A stretch of 37,031 nt of DNA from an uncultured Pseudomonadota bacterium (GTDB lineage Bacteria > BMS3Abin14), in NCBI GenBank assembly GCA_964454175.1, contig CAYVSA010000002.1, positions 43,233 through 80,263 of the forward strand, read 5' to 3'. Made by a program: the position numbers and the translations under genes. Of this stretch, positions 26,727-35,287 are shown one piece after another. Numbering within the stretch: position 1 is the stretch's first letter; every line of letters begins with the position of its first letter. Under the pieces are notes generated by a model that made no database searches, had not been told where the DNA came from, and saw only the letters and a program-made list of their open reading frames with translations.

Positions 26727-27377
26727 GTGAGAAAGAGAATAATAACAGTTGTCACTGCTGTACTGGTACTCACGTCCCCCCTTGCTGCAAAGGCCTTTAA
26801 CGTAGGTTCCCCGGGAAAGCCGGTGGCCCCTGGTGGATCGGTCATCTCTGGGTCCATAGGGTTCCTGTCAGTTGATGTGGAAGACGTTGAGGTGGACAGC
26901 AAGTTCTTCCTCTTTAAAGGCTCGTTTGGAGTTTCAGATAGTCTTACCCCGTACTTTAAGGCCGGTTTCGCCGATATATCTGTTGACGCCGCGGGGTTCC
27001 AGGGCAACATGGGATTTTCCTTCGGGGGCGGGTTTCTCCTGGGGCTCATTAGCCCCGGTGAGGAGGGCGGCCTCTCTGTAAATCTCGATTCCCAGGTTCT
27101 CTGGACAGGGAGCAGTGAAGCCGGAGCCGATTACGACCTGTTCCAGGGGCAGCTGGCAGTACTGGGCTCCATGAAATCCGGCGGTACTACTGGCTACGGA
27201 GGGCTCGCAGCATCCTTCCTGACGCTTGACGGCGGCGGGTTGACCCGGGACGAAAGCGCACGGGGCCACATCTTTTTCGGGTTCGATTATTTTATGGACT
27301 ACAACTTCTTTTTCAACCTGGAGGCTCATCTTTTTGGCCAGAGCATGATCTCCGCCGGGGTGGGCTACCTTTTCTAG
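26727..27377 (+). CDS. Outer-membrane beta-barrel protein, function unknown
   Basis: GTG 26727 after AGGAGG. Signal peptide ending AKA, amphipathic strands, C-terminal GVGYLF beta-signal. Confidence 0.8.
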   Translation: MRKRIITVVTAVLVLTSPLAAKAFNVGSPGKPVAPGGSVISGSIGFLSVDVEDVEVDSKFFLFKGSFGVSDSLTPYFKAGFADISVDAAGFQGNMGFSFGGGFLLGLISPGEEGGLSVNLDSQVLWTGSSEAGADYDLFQGQLAVLGSMKSGGTTGYGGLAASFLTLDGGGLTRDESARGHIFFGFDYFMDYNFFFNLEAHLFGQSMISAGVGYLF

Positions 27378-27408
27378 GGCCTTTAGCCGGGCTGACAGGA
27401 GCATTGGG

Positions 27409-28053
27409 ATGAAGTTCTTTCTTGACACTGCTAACCTTGACGACATACAGAATGCCACTGAAATGGGGCTCATCGACGGCGTCACTACCAATCCGACCCT
27501 GGTTGCAAGGGAGGGCAAGGAATTTCTCCCCCTGGTCACAAGGATATGCGAGACCGTGGACGGGCCAGTATCCCTGGAGACGGTGAGTACTGACGCAGAG
27601 GGCATGATGAAAGAGGCCAGGGACCTTTCGGCCATCGGCGGGAACGTTGTGGTAAAGATCCCCATGACCCCGGAGGGGCTCAAAGCTGTCAGACTCTGCA
27701 CAAGTGAGGGGATAAGGACGAATGTGACCCTTGTTTTCTCCCCGGTACAGGCTCTTCTGGCGTGCAAGGCCGGCGCGGATTATATAAGTCCCTTCGTGGG
27801 CCGGGTAGACGATATGGGCAGGTCGGGGATGGACCTCGTGGCAGAGATAATAGAGATCAAGGATAATTACGGATTTTCCAGCGAGGTGATCGTGGCCAGT
27901 GTTCGCCACACCGGGCACGTCCTCGAGTCGGCTCTCATGGGGGCAGATATAGCCACAGTGCCCTTCAAGGTGTTGATGCAGCTTTTCAACCACCCGCTGA
28001 CCGATGCAGGGATAGCAAAATTCCTGGCCGATTGGGAAAAAGTACCCAAATAG
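27409..28053 (+). CDS. tal: Short-type transaldolase (TalC/FSA family)
   Basis: FLDTA, GVTTNP, VVKIP, NVTLVFS. Glu in SLE and Phe in SPFVGR are the residues of transaldolases rather than true FSA. Confidence 0.92.
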   Translation: MKFFLDTANLDDIQNATEMGLIDGVTTNPTLVAREGKEFLPLVTRICETVDGPVSLETVSTDAEGMMKEARDLSAIGGNVVVKIPMTPEGLKAVRLCTSEGIRTNVTLVFSPVQALLACKAGADYISPFVGRVDDMGRSGMDLVAEIIEIKDNYGFSSEVIVASVRHTGHVLESALMGADIATVPFKVLMQLFNHPLTDAGIAKFLADWEKVPK

Positions 28054-28066
28054 GGAGAGGGCTGAA

Positions 28067-29014
28067 ATGGGAACCCTGTTGATCATTGACGATTCAGCGG
28101 CCAGCCGAAGCCAGATCATCGAGCAGATGGAGGGCACTGAAGAGTTCGTCCGCTTCCTGGAGGCCGAGGACGGCGCCCAGGGGCTCAAGACCCTCACGGA
28201 GATCGGAACCGGTGTGGATGTGGTCGTGTGCGATATCAACATGCCGGTGATGGACGGCTACAATTTTCTGAGGATGGCCAAAGCCAAAGAGAATCTGAAG
28301 CACATTCCTGTCGTCATGATTACGGCCGAAGCCGACGTTGCCGAAGTGGTCAGGGCTTTCGACATTGGGGCCAGCGATTACATTACAAAGCCTTTCAACC
28401 CCCTCATCCTGAAGGCCCGCCTGAGCAACATGCTCAGGATAAAAGAACTGCAGGACCAGTTGACCATGCAAAAAGATCTGATGGAGGTTATGGCCACTAC
28501 CGACCCTCTCACCCGGATACCCAATATCAGGTACTTTGCAAAGTGGCTGGACACGGAGTTGGCAAGATCCATGAGGTACGGGAACGATCTTGCCCTGATC
28601 ATGCTGGACATCGATCACTTCAAGAAGATCAACGACACGTACGGGCATCCCCAGGGCGACACGGTGTTAAGAGAAATGGCCGATGTGTTCAAAGATGACC
28701 TTCGCAAGATCGACGTTGTGGCAAGGTACGGCGGCGAGGAGTTTATAATAGCCCTGCCGCAGACGGACTGTGTCGGCGCCCTGATCGTAGCCCAGCGTTT
28801 GAGAGAGAAGGTGGAAAAACACCAGTTCAAGGGATTTACCAACCCGGTTACGATCACCATAAGCCTTGGCCTGTGCTGTCTGGTGGATAGTGATGTGCCA
28901 GAGCCGAAAAATATGATCGATGAGGCCGACCAGGCCCTCTACCGGGCCAAACGTGCCGGCAGGAACCGAGTTGAGATTGCAGGTAACTGCAAGAGGGCAG
29001 CAAAAACAGGCTAG
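28067..29014 (+). CDS. Response regulator diguanylate cyclase (REC-GGDEF, WspR-like)
   Basis: Intact REC; DIDHFKKINDTYGH; I-site RKID; RYGGEEF. Confidence 0.95.
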   Translation: MGTLLIIDDSAASRSQIIEQMEGTEEFVRFLEAEDGAQGLKTLTEIGTGVDVVVCDINMPVMDGYNFLRMAKAKENLKHIPVVMITAEADVAEVVRAFDIGASDYITKPFNPLILKARLSNMLRIKELQDQLTMQKDLMEVMATTDPLTRIPNIRYFAKWLDTELARSMRYGNDLALIMLDIDHFKKINDTYGHPQGDTVLREMADVFKDDLRKIDVVARYGGEEFIIALPQTDCVGALIVAQRLREKVEKHQFKGFTNPVTITISLGLCCLVDSDVPEPKNMIDEADQALYRAKRAGRNRVEIAGNCKRAAKTG

Positions 29015-29066
29015 GTCACCATTCTCTGACGGGAATTTCCTGCAAAGAGAAAAGGAGCGCTTCGTA

Positions 29067-29468
29067 TTGAATGTTCCCAAGGACTGTCTGTATTCCAGGG
29101 ACCACTTCTGGTCAAAGCCGGAAGGCAACGAGGCTGTCGTGGGGATCACCCAATGGGCACAGGGCGACCTCGGAGAATTCGTGTTCGTCGAACTGCCTGA
29201 GGTGGAAAGCGAAGTTGAAGCCTCGTCGGCCTGCGGTATCCTGGAATCTTCCAGGGCTGTTTTTGATATTATGGCTCCTCTTTCCGGGGAGGTGCTGGAT
29301 TTCAATCCGGACCTGAAGGAGAGCCCTGAACTGGTGAATGAGGATCCATACGGGGACGGCTGGCTGTTTCGTATTACCGTTGCAGATCTCGATCAGCTTT
29401 CCACACTGATGACGCCTGAAGAGTACGGAGATTATATAACTGATCTCGACACCGAGGAGGACAGGTGA
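29067..29468 (+). CDS. GcvH-like protein with Arg in place of the lipoyl-lysine
   Basis: TTG 29067 after AAGGAG. YS.DH.W, VGIT.WAQ..LG..VFVELP, ESSRA (canonical ESVKA), APLSGEV, PELVNEDPYGDGW. Confidence 0.9.
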   Translation: MNVPKDCLYSRDHFWSKPEGNEAVVGITQWAQGDLGEFVFVELPEVESEVEASSACGILESSRAVFDIMAPLSGEVLDFNPDLKESPELVNEDPYGDGWLFRITVADLDQLSTLMTPEEYGDYITDLDTEEDR

Positions 29469-31315
29469 GGCACGCTGGGACTATTACCAACCCTGGAGGA
29501 AATTCTTTACTTTCTGAAGACGGCACCGGCACCATTGTCCGAATGGTCAATGATCGGTCCGAACGCTTCGGCGACAGGGTCGTTTTCGAGCGAAAACGAG
29601 AAGGTGCCTGGGAGACGTTCTCGTGGAAGGATCTCTGCAGATTTTACAGGGAAGTCGCCAGGGGTCTGCTCAACCTGGGGATCGAGGAGGGGGACAAGGT
29701 TGCCATCCTGTCCGAGAATAGACCCGAGTGGGCTTTCGTGGATATCGGGGTCCTCTCCATGCAGGGAGTGGTGGTTCCCCTCTACTGGACCCTGACGCCG
29801 GCCCAACTGGAGTACATTCTGAGGGATTGTAAAGCAAGGGTGATCTTCGTCTCCAACACGGAGTATCTCGACAAAATACTCAAGATAAAATCCTCTTTGC
29901 CTGACCTGGAGACGATAGTGTGTTTCGATGCCTTTCCCGTTGACAGGCAGGTGGATGGTCTCCTGTCCTTCGACGACCTCCTGGAGACAGGCGCAAAGGC
30001 TGCACCGGAAATCTGGGAGGAGCTGGGAAGAAGGATAGCCTCTGGGAACGAAGGGGATCTTGCGACGATAATCTATACTTCCGGAACGACGGGGGAGCCC
30101 AAGGGTGTAATGCTCACCCATAGGAATTTCCTCTCCAACGTCAGGTCCGTCCTCGAGGTAATCGATGTCAAGAGCTCCGATACGTGTCTTTCCTTTTTGC
30201 CCCTCTCCCATGTTTTTGAGAGAGTAGCCTACTACCTGTTCCTCTACGTTGGAGGCAGGATCATCTACGCAGAGAGCATCGACAAGATAGTTGACAATAT
30301 GCAGGAGGTGAGCCCGACTATTCTTGTGAGTGTTCCAAGGATCTACGAAAAGGCCTACGCTAAAGTTCTGGACAAGGTCCACGATGCTTCGCCTCTTCGC
30401 AAAGCCATATTCAGCTTCTGCGTGGGGATCGGGCGCGAGGTGAGCGGCAAGCTTCTGGCCGGGCAGGAGATCGGCGGGCTGCTTGCCTTCAAGATGAAGT
30501 TAGCCGAAAAACTGGTCTTCGGCAAGATCAGGGAGACCTTTGGCGGGAAAATAAGGCTTATGATCTCGGGAGGAGCGGCCCTTTCCCGCGAGATCGCCGA
30601 GTTCTTCCACGCGGCCGGGCTGGTTATCCTGGAGGGGTACGGACTGACCGAGACCTCTCCCGTGATAGCGGCAAACCATGATGGCAGCATACGTTTCGGC
30701 TCTGTGGGCCAGGTCCTTCCGGGTGTTGAGGTCCGGATCGAGGGGGACGGCGAGATCTCCACCAGGGGGCCCAACGTGATGCAGGGCTACTTCAACAGGC
30801 CCGAAGAAACTGCAGAGGTGCTGGATGCGGACGGCTGGTTCCACACTGGAGATATAGGGCACTTTGACTCCGAGGGTTTCCTCTGGATAACAGACAGGAA
30901 AAAGGCGATCATCGTAACGGCCGGGGGCAAGAACGTGGCTCCGCAGGCCCTGGAAAACTCCCTGTCCACGGACAAGTTTATCTCCCAGGCCTTCGTTTAC
31001 GGAGACGGGAGGAAGTTCATATCGGCCCTCATTGTTCCCGACTGGGAGAGGACGAAAAGCTACGCCGCGGAAAAAAATATCGAGTATTCTTCAACCGCCG
31101 AACTCTGCAGTAATATGGTTATCATGGAGCTTTTTGAAAAGAGGGTGGAGCTTGCCCTGGTCGATTTTTCACGGGCTGAAAAGGTGAGGAAATTCAAGCT
31201 CATGGAGCGGGAGTTCAGCCAGGATGAGGGAGAGGTAACACCTACCCTCAAACTCAAACGCAAGGAAATAACCCAGCGGTACTGGAACGACCTCGAATCC
31301 CTTTACAAAGACTGA
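29465..31315 (+). CDS. Long-chain fatty acid--CoA ligase (AMP-binding)
   Basis: YTSGTTGEPKG, LPLSH, EGYGLTET, WFHTGDIG, GGKNVAP, TPTLKLKR. Confidence 0.95.
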   Translation: MRHAGTITNPGGNSLLSEDGTGTIVRMVNDRSERFGDRVVFERKREGAWETFSWKDLCRFYREVARGLLNLGIEEGDKVAILSENRPEWAFVDIGVLSMQGVVVPLYWTLTPAQLEYILRDCKARVIFVSNTEYLDKILKIKSSLPDLETIVCFDAFPVDRQVDGLLSFDDLLETGAKAAPEIWEELGRRIASGNEGDLATIIYTSGTTGEPKGVMLTHRNFLSNVRSVLEVIDVKSSDTCLSFLPLSHVFERVAYYLFLYVGGRIIYAESIDKIVDNMQEVSPTILVSVPRIYEKAYAKVLDKVHDASPLRKAIFSFCVGIGREVSGKLLAGQEIGGLLAFKMKLAEKLVFGKIRETFGGKIRLMISGGAALSREIAEFFHAAGLVILEGYGLTETSPVIAANHDGSIRFGSVGQVLPGVEVRIEGDGEISTRGPNVMQGYFNRPEETAEVLDADGWFHTGDIGHFDSEGFLWITDRKKAIIVTAGGKNVAPQALENSLSTDKFISQAFVYGDGRKFISALIVPDWERTKSYAAEKNIEYSSTAELCSNMVIMELFEKRVELALVDFSRAEKVRKFKLMEREFSQDEGEVTPTLKLKRKEITQRYWNDLESLYKD

Positions 31316-31348
31316 ATAAAACGCTATTTTACGCTTGGTGCATCATCA

Positions 31349-31395
31349 AAATGGCTTGAGGGGCAGAGAGCTGCCCCATCAAGCCATTTGTTGTT
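31349..31395 (+). terminator. Long hairpin between the acyl-CoA ligase and fadL genes, probable terminator
   Basis: AAATGGCTTGA GGGGCAG-AGAG-CTGCCCC A TCAAGCCATTT: 18 bp with one bulge, followed by GTTGTT. Confidence 0.65.
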
Positions 31396-31468
31396 AGGGT
31401 GGGGACGCAATAGCTTATTTGTGGGATTTATTCATTCTGAAATGTTGGGGTATGGGAAAGGAGAAAAA

Positions 31469-32710
31469 ATGAAAGGGTGTTTTAGAATTGTGTTTATTGC
31501 TTCCCTCGTTACTGTAATGGCGGCGGGGACGGCGATGGCGGGCTCATTCAGGATCCCCGAGTCAGGCGCTGCTGCCATGGCCCAGGGTAACGCCTTCGTG
31601 GGCCAGGCCGATGACCCATCGGCGGTTCACCACAACGTGGCGGGCATTACCGGCCTTGAGGGAAACCAGTTCATGGCTGGGTTGACGGTCATAACTCCGG
31701 AGAGCGAGTTTAAAAGTGTTGGCATGAAGGATCAGACCTTCTATCCGCCGTACCTGTTCTACACGAACCACCTGGGTGACGGCGACTGGTGGCTGGGTTT
31801 CGGGGTCAACTCTCCTTTCGGGCTCGGTACGGATTGGGATAATACAGCACCTTTTAATGTTACGTTTATCGGTGCTTTTGGGATTCCGGTTACGACGAAG
31901 ACTGAGCTTGAGATCGCCAAGATCGCTCCAGTACTCGCCTACAAGGTTAATGATAAATTTTCCATCGGCTTCGGCCCGGAGTATTACAATGTCCTGAGTG
32001 TGGAATATAACGGCGGAGGGCTTCCCCTGGGAGTGCCCACGCCTTTCTCACTTAAGGGTGATGGTGACGGTTACGGCTTTACAGTTGGGGGCCTTTATCA
32101 GGCCAGTGATGTGCTGAGGATCGGGCTTTCCTACCACAGCGGTGTTACAGCCAAGCTTTCGGGAGATGCGGTGAGCTTGCCGGGTAATACAACTGCAGAT
32201 GCTGCATACACAGGGAGAGCCAAGCTCGACCTGAATATTCCCGATACCTACGCCATCGGCATTAACTACCTCGCCAGCGATCAATTCTCCATCAACGTGG
32301 ATCTTGATTTTACACAGTGGTCTGATTACGACAAGCTGGTATTCAAGACCGCGGCCGGGGTTGAACAACTCACCGTAGACAAGAATTATGATAACGTCAT
32401 GGCCTGGAGGCTTGGCGGAAGTTATTACGTTGATGATAATTGGACGATCAGGTTCGGTTATCTGGCAGAGCCCACGCCGGTAATTGAGAGTACATTTGAT
32501 CCAAGACTCCCGGATGCCGATGCAACAGCGATATCGGTTGGAGGGGGTTACGATGCCGGTTCATGGGCCATTAACGGGGCCTACATGGCTCTTACGAAAG
32601 ATGACCGGACTGTTGACAGCGATGTTCCATCAACACTACCGACTCTTTATGACGGTGCCTATAAAACCACGATCAGCCTGCTGAGCGCGGATATAACGTT
32701 CAGATTCTGA
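31469..32710 (+). CDS. OmpP1/FadL-family outer-membrane transporter
   Basis: ATG 31469 after AAGGAG. Signal peptide ending AMA, GNAFVGQADDPSAVHHN.AG, PFGLGTDW, LPDAD, terminal Phe. Confidence 0.93.
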   Translation: MKGCFRIVFIASLVTVMAAGTAMAGSFRIPESGAAAMAQGNAFVGQADDPSAVHHNVAGITGLEGNQFMAGLTVITPESEFKSVGMKDQTFYPPYLFYTNHLGDGDWWLGFGVNSPFGLGTDWDNTAPFNVTFIGAFGIPVTTKTELEIAKIAPVLAYKVNDKFSIGFGPEYYNVLSVEYNGGGLPLGVPTPFSLKGDGDGYGFTVGGLYQASDVLRIGLSYHSGVTAKLSGDAVSLPGNTTADAAYTGRAKLDLNIPDTYAIGINYLASDQFSINVDLDFTQWSDYDKLVFKTAAGVEQLTVDKNYDNVMAWRLGGSYYVDDNWTIRFGYLAEPTPVIESTFDPRLPDADATAISVGGGYDAGSWAINGAYMALTKDDRTVDSDVPSTLPTLYDGAYKTTISLLSADITFRF

Positions 32711-32730
32711 TCGCTGCTGGATCGCTGGAA

Positions 32731-32764
32731 AAAGAAGGGGCAGGAGAGATCCCGCCCCTTCTTT
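32731..32764. terminator. Bidirectional intrinsic terminator between convergent fadL and tsaC
   Basis: AAAGAAGGGGC...GCCCCTTCTTT: perfect 11-bp arms with an inner GGA/TCC pair set. Confidence 0.88.
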
Positions 32765-32817
32765 AGTATCGAGTATCTAGTTTCTGGTAACCCCGACACC
32801 CCCATACTCCCTTACCC

Positions 32818-33444
32818 CTATACCCCCTGACCCACCAGCCACTCCATAACTTCATCACCCAGGACGCCGTGACGAATGATCCTGGGCGGGTCGGTCGTGA
32901 GATCGAGGAGTGTTGACGGAAGGCCCCCCTGAACCAGCCCGCCGTCTACCAGAAGGTCGACACAACTGACAAGTGCCGGGTCCAGTTTGTCTATCGTTGA
33001 CGGCGGCGGATAGCCGGCACGGTTGGCGCTGGTCGCTGTAAGAGGACCAGGAAACGATCCTGCCAGGTCCAGGGCCAGGGAGGGTCCCGGGACTCTAATT
33101 CCAACGGTACCTGTCCCTGCAGTTACGGTTTCGGGGACTGTTTTGTCAGCGCCAAGTACCAGTGTGAGCGGCCCGGGCCAGAATGAACCAGCGGCTTCGC
33201 GAGCCAGGCCGGGCACATTTCGGCACACCGAGAATGCTGTTTCCATGGTTCCTGCTATGAGAGAAATCGGCTTTCCAGAGGCCCTGTTCTTAGCGGCAAT
33301 GAGGGCTTGCATGGCTCTCTTGTTGAACGGGTCGGCACAGATCCCGTAGAAAGTCTCGGTGGGAATGACTGCAAGACCGCCTCTTTCCAGGATTTGGACA
33401 GCTTCTGCCAGAATTTTTTCACCTGCGGCGATAACGCTTGCCAG
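32818..33444 (-). CDS. tsaC: L-threonylcarbamoyladenylate synthase (TsaC/YrdC type), inferred CTG start
   Basis: Frame extends upstream of the listed ATG (33312) through GGLAVIPTETFYGI. Also KNR...KP, FWPGPLT, GIRVP, ATSAN, PST. Start position is uncertain. Confidence 0.9.
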   Translation of the reverse strand: MASVIAAGEKILAEAVQILERGGLAVIPTETFYGICADPFNKRAMQALIAAKNRASGKPISLIAGTMETAFSVCRNVPGLAREAAGSFWPGPLTLVLGADKTVPETVTAGTGTVGIRVPGPSLALDLAGSFPGPLTATSANRAGYPPPSTIDKLDPALVSCVDLLVDGGLVQGGLPSTLLDLTTDPPRIIRHGVLGDEVMEWLVGQGV

Positions 33445-33450
33445 GGCCGG

Positions 33451-33924
33451 TCAACCTCCGGTGCTGTTTTCTGTTTTCTCTCGATACGATACGAGTTCCC
33501 GGGCCAGGTCTTTCCTGTTCAAGGCCAGAATGGATACTGCCAGAAGTGCGGCGTTCTTTGCGCCCCCGGGGCCCAGAGAGACAGTGGCAACAGGCACCCC
33601 GGCGGGCATTTGAACTGTCGAGAGTAGAGAATCGAGGCCGTTAAGAGGCGAGGAAGCGATAGGCACGCCGATAACCGGTCTGGTAGTCAGGGACGCCACG
33701 ACTCCGGCGAGATGAGCAGCCCAGCCGGCACCGGCTATGAAAACCGAGCATCCGTTCTCTTCGGCCTCCCGGACGAGGCTCCTTACCCTCTCAGGCGCCC
33801 TGTGAGCCGAAGCTACCTCAATGCGGTGTTCAACGCCAAATTCTGAAAGTAGCGCGGATGTTTCATCCATAACTTCTTTATCAGATACGCTGCCCACCAG
33901 GACAAGGACATCTATTGGATCCAT
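33451..33924 (-). CDS. purE: PurE (N5-CAIR mutase / AIR carboxylase)
   Basis: GSVSD, SAHR, AGWAAHL, PVIGVP, QMPAGVPVAT. Confidence 0.97.
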   Translation of the reverse strand: MDPIDVLVLVGSVSDKEVMDETSALLSEFGVEHRIEVASAHRAPERVRSLVREAEENGCSVFIAGAGWAAHLAGVVASLTTRPVIGVPIASSPLNGLDSLLSTVQMPAGVPVATVSLGPGGAKNAALLAVSILALNRKDLARELVSYREKTENSTGG

Positions 33925-33956
33925 ATTTCTCCTTTATTTCGCAATTCTTCCTCGTA

Positions 33957-35234
33957 CTATTTCAGAAATTTTATCGCTTTTGCGCCGATGTCGCGCCTGT
34001 ACTGCGCGCCCTCCCAGTTTATAATGTCGCAGGCTTTGTACGCCCTTTCGATAGCGTCAGGAATGTCTTTGCCCAGAGCAGTAACACCAAGGACCCGTCC
34101 TCCTGAGGTCACGACGCAGCCGTTCTCAAGGGCGGTGCCGGCGTGGAACACTTTTACGTTCTCCATGGCATCGGCCTCTTCAATTCCCTTGATGACCCTG
34201 CCCTTTTCGTAGGACCCGGGATAACCTTCAGACGCCATTACAACGCAAATAGACGCGTCGTCGTGCCATTCGAGATCGATCTCATGGAGGCGCTCGTCCA
34301 CCACCGCCTCCATCACTTCTACCAGGTCCCCGTCCAGCCTTACCAGCAGCGGCTGAGCTTCAGGGTCGCCATACCTCGCGTTGAATTCAAGGACACGCGC
34401 CTTTCCATCCTCGATCATCAAACCCGCGTACAGAACACCCTTGTATGGCCTTCCCTCTGACTCCATTGCCTGGACAGTCCTTATCATTATCTCTTCCATA
34501 ACCTGGTCGAATATCGCCTGAGTGACAACCGGAGCCGGGCTGTAGGCTCCCATACCGCCGGTGTTTGGCCCCTTGTCGGCGTCGTAAATGGGTTTATGGT
34601 CCTGCGATGTGGCAAGGGGCAGGACGTTTTTTCCGTCAGAGAATGCAAGGAAAGAGGCTTCCTCACCCGTGAGGAATTCCTCTACCACGATGAGGTCGCC
34701 CGCGTCACCGAAACGGCGTTCCTCCATAATGATCCTGACCGCTTCGTCGGCCTCATCGATGGTCTGGCAGACGATAGCTCCCTTGCCGGCGGCCAGCCCG
34801 TCGGCTTTGACGACAATGGGGGCACCAACCTGGCGGATATAATCCCTGGCCTTGCCCGGGTCGTCGAAAACCTCGAAGAACCCGGAGGGAATGTCGTATT
34901 TTTTGAGGAGGCGCTTTGTAAAAACTTTACTCCCCTCGATCTCTGCAGCTTTTTTACTCGCCCCGAAGATGCGAAGGCCCGCTGCCTCGAAAGCGTCAAC
35001 GATCCCCATTGTCAAAGGTAGTTCGGGCCCAACGACGGTCAGGCCGATCCCTTCATTTCTGGCGAAATCAACTAACCCTTTGATATCCTCAACGTCTATG
35101 GGAACGTTTTCGCCTTCTATTGCAGTGCCTGCGTTCCCAGGAGCGCAATACACCCTGGAAACCCTCGGCGACTGCATGACTTTCCACACGAGGCTGTGTT
35201 CCCTTCCCCCTCCTCCAACGATCAGGACTTTCAT
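33957..35234 (-). CDS. purD: Phosphoribosylamine--glycine ligase
   Basis: GGGGREH, APGNAG, KADGLAAGKG, GPNTGGMG, EFNARYGDPE. Confidence 0.98.
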   Translation of the reverse strand: MKVLIVGGGGREHSLVWKVMQSPRVSRVYCAPGNAGTAIEGENVPIDVEDIKGLVDFARNEGIGLTVVGPELPLTMGIVDAFEAAGLRIFGASKKAAEIEGSKVFTKRLLKKYDIPSGFFEVFDDPGKARDYIRQVGAPIVVKADGLAAGKGAIVCQTIDEADEAVRIIMEERRFGDAGDLIVVEEFLTGEEASFLAFSDGKNVLPLATSQDHKPIYDADKGPNTGGMGAYSPAPVVTQAIFDQVMEEIMIRTVQAMESEGRPYKGVLYAGLMIEDGKARVLEFNARYGDPEAQPLLVRLDGDLVEVMEAVVDERLHEIDLEWHDDASICVVMASEGYPGSYEKGRVIKGIEEADAMENVKVFHAGTALENGCVVTSGGRVLGVTALGKDIPDAIERAYKACDIINWEGAQYRRDIGAKAIKFLK

Positions 35235-35252
35235 TTTTACCTCCTGTTAAAC

Positions 35253-35287
35253 AATGTCCAATGTCCAGTTTCCAAGTTCTAATGCCT
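35253..35287. repeat. Degenerate heptamer array in the purH-purD spacer
   Basis: aatgtcc aatgtcc agtttcc aagttct aatgcct. Confidence 0.6.

Noticed and set aside
31381-31420. GTGGGGACGCAATAGC resembling part of a c-di-GMP-I (GEMM) riboswitch upstream of fadL
   Set aside because: It lacks the GGCAAAC/GNRA tetraloop P2 and a P3 stem, so the match is only partial.
33451-33453. TGA recoding (Sec/Trp/Gly genetic code) at the purE stop
   Set aside because: Many genes here end at TGA at their expected C-termini, PurE is full length, and no SECIS-like hairpin is evident.
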